64,000 bases of DNA, taken from Paracoccaceae bacterium. GTDB taxonomy: Bacteria > Pseudomonadota > Alphaproteobacteria > Rhodobacterales > Rhodobacteraceae. The notes under the pieces are model-generated. The model did not search any database. It saw only the letters and a list, made by a program, of their open reading frames with translations, and was not told the origin of the DNA. Shown here piece by piece: positions 48,693 to 58,012 of this stretch. The position numbers and the translations under genes are program-made. Location: the NCBI GenBank assembly GCA_014872815.1, contig WKFK01000008.1:52534-116533 (forward strand), given 5' to 3'. Numbering within the stretch: position 1 is the stretch's first letter; each line of letters starts with the position of its first letter.

Positions 48693-48899
48693 ATGAAAAC
48701 AACCATGAAAACCCTGATGGCGCTGACGTTGGTGGCTATGACTGTGTCGGCATGTGGCGGTGGTGGCAACAGCACCACGACCGTTCAAACGGTGACCATT
48801 GGCGAGCAGTTGGCTTCGCTGGAAAAAGCCTATGCCGAGGGGCTGGTGACCGAAAAAGAATACAAGCAACAGCGCAAGAAGATTCTTGACGGTGAGTAA
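48693..48899 (+). CDS. Small lipoprotein with a SHOCT-like C-terminus
   Basis: VSAC lipobox; EQLASLEKAYAEGLVTEKEYKQQRKKIL. Confidence 0.75.
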   Translation: MKTTMKTLMALTLVAMTVSACGGGGNSTTTVQTVTIGEQLASLEKAYAEGLVTEKEYKQQRKKILDGE

Positions 48900-48943
48900 G
48901 TACTTCTACGCTGCTTTGCAGCATGCGGTGCTGCAAAAAGCAT

Positions 48944-48972
48944 CAGGCGCACCCTGCGGTGCGCCTGTTTTT
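48944..48972 (+). terminator. Rho-independent terminator
   Basis: CAGGCGCACC/GGTGCGCCTG stem plus T5. Confidence 0.75.
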
Positions 48973-48974
48973 GT

Positions 48975-49715
48975 ATGACTGATTCTCTGATTTTTTGGCT
49001 GCTGGCGCCGGTTGCAGTGATGTTTGCCGGGGTTTCAAAGGCCGGCTTCGGCTCCGGAGCGGCTTTTGCGAGCGCGGTGGTATTGGCGGTGATCCTGCCG
49101 CCAGCGCAGGCGTTAGGTTTGATGCTGCCCCTCTTAATGCTGATCGATTTGGCAACCTTGCGCCCTTACTGGCACAAATGGAGTTGGCCGGATGCGCGGG
49201 TGTTGATTCTGGGAGGGTTGCCAGGTGTTGTTGGTGGGGTTGCGCTGTTTCGCGTGGCCAACGAAGATGTTTTGAGGCTTCTCATTGGTGCGGTATCGTT
49301 GGGATTTGTGCTTTGGCAATTGTGGCCCCGAGCGGTGGCACAGCAAAAAATGCCGGTTTGGGCAGGGCTTCTAGCTGGTGCCGTGGCTGGGTTCACCAGT
49401 TTTGTCAGCCACGCGGGCGGACCGCCAGCTGCGGTGTATCTGTTGTCTCGGGGATTGAGTAAATCGGCCTATCAGGCCACCACTGTGTTGGTGTTCTGGG
49501 CCATTAATATTGCGAAGTTTGTGCCCTATGCGTTTCTCGGGGTGTTTACCTTCGAGACCCTGCGCGCGGGTGCCATTTTGGCACCGTTCGCGCTGCTTGG
49601 AGCCTGGGTGGGTGTTAAATTGCATCACGCCGTTTCGGAGCGGGTCTTTTTTGCGTTGACCTATGCGCTCTTGACGATCACCGGCGTGAAGCTGATTTTT
49701 GACGCGCTTTTCTAA
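48975..49715 (+). CDS. TauE/SafE-family sulfite exporter
   Basis: AGVSKAGFGSG and SFVSHAGGPP motifs; about 8 TM helices. Confidence 0.88.
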   Translation: MTDSLIFWLLAPVAVMFAGVSKAGFGSGAAFASAVVLAVILPPAQALGLMLPLLMLIDLATLRPYWHKWSWPDARVLILGGLPGVVGGVALFRVANEDVLRLLIGAVSLGFVLWQLWPRAVAQQKMPVWAGLLAGAVAGFTSFVSHAGGPPAAVYLLSRGLSKSAYQATTVLVFWAINIAKFVPYAFLGVFTFETLRAGAILAPFALLGAWVGVKLHHAVSERVFFALTYALLTITGVKLIFDALF

Positions 49716-49727
49716 AGGCGTATGGCA

Positions 49728-50045
49728 TCAGGCGTCATCACCTTTGGCTGGCAGAGCTTCGGCAAGCTTTTCATAGGCTTGGCCGGTTGCCATTAGGCAG
49801 GTGGAGCCATTTGGCATGGTGACGGTGATGGTCCAGCTGCCGGAATCTTCCGAAGCAAAAATCTCCACCATGGCGCCCTGCGTGCCAAGACCAAGCGCCT
49901 GACGGGATTCCCCGTACTTCTGGGCCAGACGTTCCACCACAAGGTCGCGGGTGGCGCAATGTTGCAGGTTCTGTGCCTGGGCGATTGAGGTGGCGCAGAT
50001 CGAAAGGCCAAGACCGGCCGTCAGGGTCAAAAAAGTCCGTTTCAT
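49728..50045 (-). CDS. Conserved exported hypothetical protein (105 aa)
   Basis: Signal peptide; CATR..V..L..KYGE and EIFAS..SGSWTI..TC. Confidence 0.75.
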   Translation of the reverse strand: MKRTFLTLTAGLGLSICATSIAQAQNLQHCATRDLVVERLAQKYGESRQALGLGTQGAMVEIFASEDSGSWTITVTMPNGSTCLMATGQAYEKLAEALPAKGDDA

Positions 50046-50359
50046 GTGGTTTCCTCTCATAAAGAAGGCATGTGCGCGCCTTTTGCACGCCATGGATTTC
50101 AAAGCTCTCGCCTCTTCTTATGATCGCGGCCCTTTTGAACCGTCTTTGCGTTCCTCCCACAGGAAGCGATGGGATGAGTGTGCGCAGGTCCGGGCTTAAA
50201 AATGGTTAACGTAACGAATTAATTGTTTCGCCCTTCGCAACAGAGTGGCGGAGTCATTGAAAACGCAGGTTTCTTTTTTCTGCGATGCGGCAAAATTGAG
50301 CTTGAATTTTTCTGAGAAAAATGCACCTCTCTGCGCAACATAATTGCGGAGAGAGTGTC

Positions 50360-51214
50360 ATGGAGCAGCGCGCACGCCCATTTAGGTCGGTTTTGTACAT
50401 CCCGGGTTCCAAAGACCGGGCTTTGGAAAAGGCACGGGGACTGCCGGTGGACGCGATCATTTTTGATCTGGAAGATGCTGTCGCGCCGGATGAGAAGGTT
50501 AATGCGCGCACAACTTTGGCGGCGGCACTGACCGAGGGCGGTTATGGCAACCGCATGCGGATTGTGCGGATCAATGGGCTGGACACGCAATGGGGCGAAG
50601 CGGATGCAAAAGCCGCCGCAGGTATGGACTGCGATGCGGTGCTGTTGCCCAAGGTTGAGACGACGGCGCAGCTGGATGCGCTGGCCGCATTGATTGGCGA
50701 CAAGCCGATTTGGGCGATGATGGAAACACCGCGTGGGATGTTGAATGCTGCAGAAATTGCGGCGCATCCTCAACTGACCGGCTTTGTGATGGGCACCAAC
50801 GACCTCGCCAAGGAACTGCAAACCCGCTTCCGCCCGGACCGTTTGCCGATGATGGCGGGGCTTGGTCTGTGCCTTCTGGCCGCCAAGGCCGAGGGTATTG
50901 TGATTGTCGACGGCGTCTACAACGCGTTCAAAGATGCGGATGGACTAAGGGTGGAATGTGATCAGGGCCGCGACATGGGCTTTGATGGCAAAACTCTGAT
51001 CCACCCGGCGCAGGTGGATGTGGCCAATGCGGCCTTTGCGCCAAGCGACGCGGAGATCGATTTGGCAAAACGGCAGATCGCGGCATTTGAAGAATGCGAA
51101 GCCAGCGGGCAGGGCGTGGCCGTGGTGGATGGCAAGATTGTTGAAAACCTGCACGTTGTCACCGCACGTGAAATTTTGGCGAAGGCAGATGCAATCGCCG
51201 CGCTGGAAGGTTAA
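50360..51214 (+). CDS. mcl2: (3S)-malyl-CoA thioesterase, CitE/HpcH family (ethylmalonyl-CoA pathway)
   Basis: PFRSVLYIPGSK.RALEKA..L..DAIIFDLEDAV N-terminus typical of Mcl2; position between mdh and mch/sdh. Confidence 0.8.
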   Translation: MEQRARPFRSVLYIPGSKDRALEKARGLPVDAIIFDLEDAVAPDEKVNARTTLAAALTEGGYGNRMRIVRINGLDTQWGEADAKAAAGMDCDAVLLPKVETTAQLDALAALIGDKPIWAMMETPRGMLNAAEIAAHPQLTGFVMGTNDLAKELQTRFRPDRLPMMAGLGLCLLAAKAEGIVIVDGVYNAFKDADGLRVECDQGRDMGFDGKTLIHPAQVDVANAAFAPSDAEIDLAKRQIAAFEECEASGQGVAVVDGKIVENLHVVTAREILAKADAIAALEG

Positions 51215-51234
51215 CTCTTACCCCACAACCAAAC

Positions 51235-51336
51235 AAACGTTGAGGACGCAAATGGTTCGAAAATACCCTGCCGCACCTTCGGTGCTCTCGGGACATTTCC
51301 GAAACTGTTTTTGTTGAAGCGTTCCTCAACGTTTTT
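51235..51336. other. About 100-nt rod-like inverted repeat between mcl2 and nnrU
   Basis: AAACGTTGAGGA (51235-46) pairs perfectly with TCCTCAACGTTT (51323-34); further nested stems up to an apical GCACC-TTC-GGTGC. Confidence 0.65.
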
Positions 51337-51354
51337 ATCCAGCGAGGGAGCGAG

Positions 51355-51903
51355 ATGACATTATTGGTTCTTGGGGTGGTTTTGTGGGCTGCCGCCCATC
51401 TGTTTAAACGAGTCCTGCCGGACGTACGCGCCGGCATGGGCGACAAAGGCCGCGGGCCAGTGGCTTTGGCGTTGCTGGCGTCGGTGGTCCTGATGATTTT
51501 TGGCTTCCGCATGGCGCCGCACATCGACGTCTGGTATCCGGAAAGCTTCCTGCGTCACATCAACAACCTGTTGGTGCTGATTGCGATCTTCCTGATGAGC
51601 CCGGCGCCGCGCAAAGGCAAATTGTTCAACAACATGCGTCATCCGCAGTTGACCGGCTTTGGTCTCTGGGCGTTTGCGCACCTGTTGGTGAATGGCGATG
51701 TGGCCTCGCTGATCCTGTTTGGCGGTTTGTTGCTTTGGGCCGTGATGGAGGTCGTGGTGATCAACCGCGCAGAGCCTGACTGGACGCCCACAGAAACCGG
51801 CAGCATTGCCAAAGACGGCATGTTCCTTGTGGCTTCCCTTGTGTTAATGGCGGCAATCGGCTGGGTGCACGCCTGGCTCGGCTACCCGGTATTTGGAGGC
51901 TAA
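51355..51903 (+). CDS. NnrU-family membrane protein
   Basis: LWAAAHLF and RHPQLTGF.LWA.AHLL.NGD motifs. Confidence 0.88.
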   Translation: MTLLVLGVVLWAAAHLFKRVLPDVRAGMGDKGRGPVALALLASVVLMIFGFRMAPHIDVWYPESFLRHINNLLVLIAIFLMSPAPRKGKLFNNMRHPQLTGFGLWAFAHLLVNGDVASLILFGGLLLWAVMEVVVINRAEPDWTPTETGSIAKDGMFLVASLVLMAAIGWVHAWLGYPVFGG

Positions 51904-51907
51904 CAGC

Positions 51908-52111
51908 ATGAAACTTTATCGTTTTCTATCTGAAGAAGACACATCGGCGTTTTGTCACAAGGTGACGGATGCCCTCAACAAGGGGTGGGAGCTGCATGGC
52001 TCGCCAACACAGACCTTCTGTCAGGCCACCGGCGTAATGCGCTGTGGTCAGGCGGTCGTGAAGGAAGTGGAAGGCACCTATACCCCGGAGACCAAACTGG
52101 GAGAACACTGA
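51908..52111 (+). CDS. DUF1737-family protein
   Basis: YRFLSEED.SAFCHKVT.AL..GW.L.GSP and CGQAVVK motifs. Confidence 0.85.
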   Translation: MKLYRFLSEEDTSAFCHKVTDALNKGWELHGSPTQTFCQATGVMRCGQAVVKEVEGTYTPETKLGEH

Positions 52112-53142
52112 TGGCCAAGACCAATCCGGGCCGGTTTTTTGAAGACTACACGCTGGGTCAAGTGATTGAGCATGCGGTGCCGCGCACCGTGGGGGCAGGG
52201 GAACGGGCGCTGTACCATGCGCTTTATCCTGCACGCCATGCTCTGTACTCAAGTGACGAGTTTGCGCGGGCTTCTGGCCTGCCGCAGTCGCCGCTCGATG
52301 ATCTGGCAGCGTTTCACGTGGTCTTTGGCAAAACGGTTCCGGATGTGTCGCTCAACGCGGTGGCGAACCTCGGCTATGCCGAGGGGCGCTGGCTTAAACC
52401 TGTCTATGCCGGGGACACGTTGCGCAGCACGTCTGAAGTGATTGGTCTGAAACAAAACTCCAACGGCAAAACCGGTGTGGTTTATGTGCGCACACGCGGC
52501 ATGAACCAGCGTGATGAAGTTGTCATGGAGTATGTGCGCTGGGTCATGGTGCGCAAACGCGACGTGGATGCCCCGGCGCCAGAGACGGTGGTGCCGGAGC
52601 TGTCCAAAGTGATTGATCCTGCCGATCTGGTGATCCCGGAGGGGTTGGATTTCACGAGCTATGATTTTGCTCAGGCGGGTGAATCTCATCGCTGGGGTGA
52701 CTATAAGGTTGGCGAGACGATTGATCACGTCGACGGTGTGACGCTGGAAGAAGCCGAGCATATGATGGCGACACGGTTGTGGCAGAACACAGCCAAAGTG
52801 CATTTTGATGCCACCTTCCGCCCTGATGGTCAGCGCCTGATCTATGGGGGGCACATTATTTCACTGGCGCGGGCTTTGTCTTTCAACGGGCTGGCCAATG
52901 CGCAGATGATTGTCGGCCTGAACGGTGGCGCGCATGCCAATCCGGCGTTCTCCGGTCTCACCGTAAAGGCGTGGTCTGAGGTGTTGGACAAGGCAGAAAC
53001 CTCAGCACCGGGTGTGGGGGCGATCCGGCTGCGGCTGGTCGCGACAAAAGGCGGTGAGCCGTTTGCGCTGAAAGGCGAGGATGGAAAGTACCAACCGGAC
53101 GTGCTGCTTGACCTTGACTACTGGGCGTTGATCCCGATGTGA
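52111..53142 (+). CDS. mch: Mesaconyl-C1-CoA hydratase (double MaoC hot-dog fold)
   Basis: NPGRFFEDY, VFGKTVPDVS.NAVANLGY, QNTAKVHFD and LIYGGH motifs. Confidence 0.9.
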   Translation: MAKTNPGRFFEDYTLGQVIEHAVPRTVGAGERALYHALYPARHALYSSDEFARASGLPQSPLDDLAAFHVVFGKTVPDVSLNAVANLGYAEGRWLKPVYAGDTLRSTSEVIGLKQNSNGKTGVVYVRTRGMNQRDEVVMEYVRWVMVRKRDVDAPAPETVVPELSKVIDPADLVIPEGLDFTSYDFAQAGESHRWGDYKVGETIDHVDGVTLEEAEHMMATRLWQNTAKVHFDATFRPDGQRLIYGGHIISLARALSFNGLANAQMIVGLNGGAHANPAFSGLTVKAWSEVLDKAETSAPGVGAIRLRLVATKGGEPFALKGEDGKYQPDVLLDLDYWALIPM

Positions 53143-53903
53143 TCGGTCTCATGTTGAGACTTCTTTGCACCGCCGCCGCACTTGCTCTGGCCTGTCCTGC
53201 ACAGGCCGAGCTTTCCTTTGACACCACGAGCGATGACACGATCGCTTATGTCGAGAGCAATCTGCTTGGGATTTTTTATCACGAGCTTGGTCACGCGCTG
53301 ATCGACATCCTTGGTTTGCCAATCTTTGGGCAAGAGGAAGATGCGGCGGATGTGCTGTCGATCTTTCTGATCGACGCGTTTTATGAAGAAGAGAGCGCGG
53401 TGCAGCTGGCCTATGATGCGGCCTTTGGCTTCCTTGGCGAGGCCGAGGCCAATTCTGAGATTGCTTTCTGGGATGTGCACGGGCCGGATTTGCAACGCTA
53501 TTACAATACGGTGTGTCTGTTCTATGGGGCCAATCCCGAAGAGCGAGAGGATGTTGCGCAGGATCTCGGGTTGCCGGAAGAGCGCGCCGATTATTGTCCG
53601 GATGAATACGATCAGGCGGCGCAGAGCTGGGGCGCGGCGCTGGATGAGATTGTACACGACAGTGGCGGTAAGACGCTGACACTTGGTGATTTTGAGGTCG
53701 ACAGCGACGGTGGCGCGCTGACGGCGGATGTAGTGCGTGCGGAAGTGGATGCGCTCAATCAGGAATTCCGCCTGCCGGAGGATTTGCTGATTTCGGTGAT
53801 CCCCTGTGGCGAGGCCAACGCCTATTACGATCCACAGCGGGTTGAGATTGTCATGTGCACCGAGTTTGCCGACGCGCTGGTGGAGATGGTGCCGGATATT
53901 TGA
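53139..53903 (+). CDS. DUF4344-family exported metallopeptidase
   Basis: Signal peptide; HELGH (HExxH), GQEEDAAD and C..ANAYY. Confidence 0.8.
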   Translation: MIGLMLRLLCTAAALALACPAQAELSFDTTSDDTIAYVESNLLGIFYHELGHALIDILGLPIFGQEEDAADVLSIFLIDAFYEEESAVQLAYDAAFGFLGEAEANSEIAFWDVHGPDLQRYYNTVCLFYGANPEEREDVAQDLGLPEERADYCPDEYDQAAQSWGAALDEIVHDSGGKTLTLGDFEVDSDGGALTADVVRAEVDALNQEFRLPEDLLISVIPCGEANAYYDPQRVEIVMCTEFADALVEMVPDI

Positions 53904-53955
53904 GCCACACAAGGACGTGAGAGGATTATTGCGTGACCTGCGCTAAGGTGGCGGT

Positions 53956-54621
53956 ATGATCCTTCGGCTGTGCATTTTGCTTGTATTTTTCTGTCAGGCG
54001 CCCGCCGCGCGCGCCTGCGACCTAGCGCTATTGTTGGCGGTGGACGTGTCTGGCAGCGTCGATGCAACGGAATACGATATTCAGATGAGCGGGCTGTCTG
54101 CTGGACTGCGTGATGGTATTGTCGTGGAAGCCCTGATCAAGGCGGAAGCTGCGGTGGCTGTGATGCAGTGGACCGGGGCGGACCGTCAGGTGATGTCGGT
54201 GCCTTGGATGCGGGTGCGCAATGGGGCAGAGGCGGCGGCTTTGGCGGCGGCAGTGGATGCTGCACCGCGTGGATGGCGACGATATTCAACGGCCATTGGA
54301 GATGCATTGACACGGGCTGCGCAGGAGTTTGAGGCAGGCCCTAAATGCCGCCGGATGGTTTTGGATGTGTCCGGGGATGGGCCGTCGAATGAAGGCTCTG
54401 CGCCAGAAGAGGGGCGCAAACGGCTGGGGCGCATGGGGGTGACGGTCAACGGACTGGTGATCGAGACGGATGAAGAGGACCTCACCGGATACTACTGGGA
54501 AAATGTGATCACAGGCCCGGGCGCCTTCGTGGTCACGGCCAATGGGTTTGAAGAATACCCCAAACGGATTCGGCAAAAGCTGGTCCGAGAGGTGGCGCAG
54601 CAGTTGTCCAGCTTGCAGTAA
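53956..54621 (+). CDS. DUF1194-family vWA-domain protein
   Basis: LAVDVSGS MIDAS motif, TAIG.AL and DVSGDG.SN. Confidence 0.85.
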   Translation: MILRLCILLVFFCQAPAARACDLALLLAVDVSGSVDATEYDIQMSGLSAGLRDGIVVEALIKAEAAVAVMQWTGADRQVMSVPWMRVRNGAEAAALAAAVDAAPRGWRRYSTAIGDALTRAAQEFEAGPKCRRMVLDVSGDGPSNEGSAPEEGRKRLGRMGVTVNGLVIETDEEDLTGYYWENVITGPGAFVVTANGFEEYPKRIRQKLVREVAQQLSSLQ

Positions 54622-54734
54622 ACAGATCTGCTGACTTCGAATTTGTGAGCGCAAACACAACGCAGTCTGCTGCGCTTTGCAGATTCACCGCGAATACTTC
54701 ACATTTTTCCGACAAAAAGAGTCCCATTAGAGTT

Positions 54735-54764
54735 CGTGATCACATTCGAAAAGGTGTGATCACA
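54735..54764. promoter_or_regulatory. Paired GTGATCAC boxes upstream of sdhC (AkgR-type operator)
   Basis: GTGATCAC-N12-GTGATCAC. Confidence 0.72.
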
Positions 54765-54879
54765 AAAAACTAAAAATCCACAGCATTGCGCCAAAAAACC
54801 GCGGCATTTAGGGTATCGTAACCGTGACAAGATGCAAAAAAGCGGTAAAACGATCTCAGCTAACCGGAAAGGAGCCAAT

Positions 54880-55263
54880 ATGGCCGATGTCAATCGGGGC
54901 AACCGCCCGCTTTCGCCTCATTTGAGTATTTACCGTCCGCAGATGACCTCTGGGTCGTCCATCATGGTTCGCATTAGTGGGCTCGGCGTGCTGGGTGTGG
55001 CCCTCTTCGTTGTGTGGTGGCTTGTTGCTGCTGCAACTTCCGAGAGTGCTTTCGCTGGCATCAACGGCTTTATGCAGAGCTGGTTTGGTGGGCTGATGCT
55101 GACCGCGGCAACCTGGGGGCTGTGGTACCACACGCTGGGCCGCCTGCGTCACGTGATCTGGGATCTGGGCTACTGCTTTGACGTTCAAACGTCTGAGCGC
55201 ATGGGCCTCGGCATGTTTATCGGCGCAACCGTGCTGACCATCATCACCGTGATTGTGGTGTAA
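54880..55263 (+). CDS. sdhC: Succinate dehydrogenase cytochrome b556 subunit
   Basis: RPLSPHLSIY and H...RLRH..WD motifs; RBS AAGGAG. Confidence 0.96.
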   Translation: MADVNRGNRPLSPHLSIYRPQMTSGSSIMVRISGLGVLGVALFVVWWLVAAATSESAFAGINGFMQSWFGGLMLTAATWGLWYHTLGRLRHVIWDLGYCFDVQTSERMGLGMFIGATVLTIITVIVV

Positions 55264-55274
55264 GGAGAGACAGG

Positions 55275-55646
55275 ATGCGATATCTGACTGACCGCAAACG
55301 CGCGATGGGCCTCGGCTCTGGGCGTTCTGGAACAGAAGCTCATTGGCAAATGCTGGTGCGCTCCGTGATCATGGGCGTTCTGGCGCCACTCTTCATCTTC
55401 ACTGTCGGTTTTGGCCTTGGTGGATCCTATGAGGAAGTGCTCGCCTACTTCGGCCGTCCATTCCCGGCCATTGTAACGGGCCTTGGTCTCGTTGTGGGCC
55501 TCGTGCAGCTGATGAATGAAGCGCAGGAAGCGATTGAAGACTATGTGCATGGCACAGCAGGCAAACTGCTGCTGGTCGCAAACAAGGCGTTTTGCTTTGC
55601 GTTGATCGCGGCAAGCCTGTTTGCGCTTGTGAAGCTCGCCCTGTGA
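55275..55646 (+). CDS. sdhD: Succinate dehydrogenase hydrophobic anchor subunit
   Basis: GLGSGRSGT..HW and IEDYVH motifs. Confidence 0.93.
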   Translation: MRYLTDRKRAMGLGSGRSGTEAHWQMLVRSVIMGVLAPLFIFTVGFGLGGSYEEVLAYFGRPFPAIVTGLGLVVGLVQLMNEAQEAIEDYVHGTAGKLLLVANKAFCFALIAASLFALVKLAL

Positions 55647-55669
55647 CCCCTGCGTAAGGATCTAAGAAG

Positions 55670-57478
55670 ATGACTGCAGCATATGAATATGAAACCCACG
55701 AATACGATGTCGTGGTTGTTGGCGCCGGCGGCGCCGGTCTGCGCGCGACGCTGGGCATGGCAGAACAAGGCCTGCGCACCGCGTGTGTGACCAAAGTTTT
55801 CCCAACCCGCTCGCACACTGTTGCGGCGCAGGGGGGGATCGCAGCGTCCCTGTCCAACATGGGCCCGGATAACTGGCAGTGGCACATGTATGACACTGTG
55901 AAGGGCTCTGACTGGCTGGGTGACACCGATGCGATGGAATACCTCGCTCGTGAAGCGCCAAAGGCAGTGTATGAGCTGGAGCACTACGGTGTGCCCTTCT
56001 CCCGGACGGAAGAAGGCAAAATCTACCAGCGTCCGTTTGGTGGTCACACCACCGAATTTGGTGAAGGCCCAGCGGTGCAGCGGACCTGTGCCGCAGCGGA
56101 CCGGACTGGTCACGCGATCCTGCACACGCTCTATGGTCAGTCGGTCAAAAACAACGCTGAGTTCTACATCGAGTATTTTGCGCTTGATCTGATCATGTCT
56201 GAGGACGGTCAGTGTCAGGGGGTGGTGTGCTGGAAGTTGGACGACGGCACCATGCACGTCTTCAACGCGAAGATGGTTGTGCTGGCGACCGGTGGATATG
56301 GCCGGGCATACTTCTCTGCAACTTCTGCGCACACCTGCACGGGTGACGGTGGCGGTATGGTGGCCCGTGCGGGTCTGCCTCTGCAGGACATGGAGTTTGT
56401 TCAGTTCCACCCAACCGGCATCTACGGCTCTGGCTGTCTGATCACGGAAGGTGCGCGTGGTGAAGGGGGGTACCTGACCAACTCCGAGGGCGAACGCTTT
56501 ATGGAGCGTTATGCGCCGCAATACAAAGACCTCGCGCCACGGGATTACGTGTCCCGGTCCATGACCATGGAAATCCGTGAAGGCCGTGGTGTGGGTGAGA
56601 ATGGCGATCACATTCACCTGAACCTCAACCACTTGCCAGCCGACGCGCTTGCCGAACGTTTGCCCGGTATTTCTGAATCTGCGAAGATTTTCGCGGGTGT
56701 AGATGTGACCAAAGAGCCGATCCCGGTTCTGCCAACCGTGCACTACAACATGGGCGGTATCCCAACCAACTATTGGGGTGAGGTGCTGAACCCAACCGCG
56801 GAAGATCCAACGGCCGTTGTGCCGGGTCTTATGGCTGTGGGTGAGGCGGGCTGTGCCTCTGTGCATGGTGCGAACCGTCTAGGCTCCAACTCCTTGATCG
56901 ACCTCGTGGTGTTTGGCCGAGCGTCGGCGATCCGCGCCGGTAAGGTTGTGGATGCGGAGGCGCCGAACCCTGTGCTGAACCAAGCGTCTGTTGATAGCGC
57001 GTTTGATCGTTTCGACAATCTGCGCAACGCCAAAGGTGGCGCGCCAACAGCGGAGCTGCGCCTTGAGATGCAGCGCACCATGCAGGCGGATGCAGCGGTG
57101 TTCCGGACCGACAAGACGCTGAAAGAAGGCGTTGAGAAGATGACGGATATCGCAGCGAAGATCGATGATCTGCACGTGACCGACACCTCTCTGGTTTGGA
57201 ACAGTGACCTGATGGAAACGCTGGAACTGACCAACCTGATGCCAAACGCATTGGCGACGATCCACGGAGCGGAAGCCCGTAAGGAAAGCCGTGGCGCGCA
57301 CGCGCATGAGGACTATTCCGAGCGTGATGACGAGAACTGGCGTGTGCACACTGTCAGCCGTGTAGATGGCAACAAGGTGGACTTAAGCTACCGTCCGGTG
57401 ATCAAAGATCCTCTGACGACAGAGGACAAGGGCGGCATCAGCCTGAAGAAGATCGCGCCGAAAGCGCGTACGTTCTAA
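55670..57478 (+). CDS. sdhA: Succinate dehydrogenase flavoprotein subunit
   Basis: [16 protein letters not shown] (FAD His), QFHPTG and [11 protein letters not shown] motifs. Confidence 0.98.
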   Translation: MTAAYEYETHEYDVVVVGAGGAGLRATLGMAEQGLRTACVTKVFPTRSHTVAAQGGIAASLSNMGPDNWQWHMYDTVKGSDWLGDTDAMEYLAREAPKAVYELEHYGVPFSRTEEGKIYQRPFGGHTTEFGEGPAVQRTCAAADRTGHAILHTLYGQSVKNNAEFYIEYFALDLIMSEDGQCQGVVCWKLDDGTMHVFNAKMVVLATGGYGRAYFSATSAHTCTGDGGGMVARAGLPLQDMEFVQFHPTGIYGSGCLITEGARGEGGYLTNSEGERFMERYAPQYKDLAPRDYVSRSMTMEIREGRGVGENGDHIHLNLNHLPADALAERLPGISESAKIFAGVDVTKEPIPVLPTVHYNMGGIPTNYWGEVLNPTAEDPTAVVPGLMAVGEAGCASVHGANRLGSNSLIDLVVFGRASAIRAGKVVDAEAPNPVLNQASVDSAFDRFDNLRNAKGGAPTAELRLEMQRTMQADAAVFRTDKTLKEGVEKMTDIAAKIDDLHVTDTSLVWNSDLMETLELTNLMPNALATIHGAEARKESRGAHAHEDYSERDDENWRVHTVSRVDGNKVDLSYRPVIKDPLTTEDKGGISLKKIAPKARTF

Positions 57479-57969
57479 TGCAGGGTCGGGTTCTGACAGC
57501 CTGTGCCATTTTCGCTTTGGTATTGTCCGCTTGCGGAGTGGACAAACCTGTCTATTCGCCCGAAGCGGCGAAACAGGTGAGCAAAGCGTGTATTGAGCAA
57601 GTCAATGCTGTTGGAACCTACTCCTTCCGTCAGGGGCAACATGGCACCAACCTGGAAACGCGCCTGCCGCGCGCAACGCCGATCACAGGTGGGCCGGTTG
57701 AGCTGCAAGGGACACAACAAGGCGCGGATGCGATCAACGCTTGTATTAAGCTGAAGGCCCAGCGGAATGCGGCTGTACAGTCGTCCGCAGGCACGATCAT
57801 TGATCAGCAGACGTACGATCCGTCGTCCACTTCGGGCGGGACCGCTGCCGCAACTGCAACTGTTGCTAGCACTTCGTCGACCGTTCCGCGCCGTACCGCA
57901 ACAACCTCATTTGGCTGTCCGAAATATGCCGATGTTCTGCACGGGGGTAAGCTGTATTGCACCCGTTGA
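57478..57969 (+). CDS. Accessory lipoprotein coupled to sdhA
   Basis: TAATG overlap; LSAC lipobox; S/T/A-rich linker; C-terminal GCP..VLHGGKLYC. Confidence 0.7.
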   Translation: MQGRVLTACAIFALVLSACGVDKPVYSPEAAKQVSKACIEQVNAVGTYSFRQGQHGTNLETRLPRATPITGGPVELQGTQQGADAINACIKLKAQRNAAVQSSAGTIIDQQTYDPSSTSGGTAAATATVASTSSTVPRRTATTSFGCPKYADVLHGGKLYCTR

Positions 57970-58012
57970 ATTCGGCATATTGGCTGACAATTGTGCGTCA
58001 GGAGGGGCTCTG

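Noticed and set aside
50196-50210. Possible CtrA box TTAA-N6-TTAAC between the exported protein gene and mcl2
   Set aside because: The spacer is 6 nt rather than the canonical 7, and the AT-rich promoter context makes a chance match likely
50360-51214. Assignment as citrate lyase beta subunit or malyl-CoA lyase Mcl1
   Set aside because: No citD/citF nearby; the N-terminus (PFRSVLYIPGSK) and the position near mch/sdh fit Mcl2 better
51277-51282. Apparent cUUCGg tetraloop at the apex of the mcl2-nnrU hairpin
   Set aside because: Out of register: the best stem (GCACC/GGTGC) leaves a 3-nt TTC loop, so it is not counted as evidence
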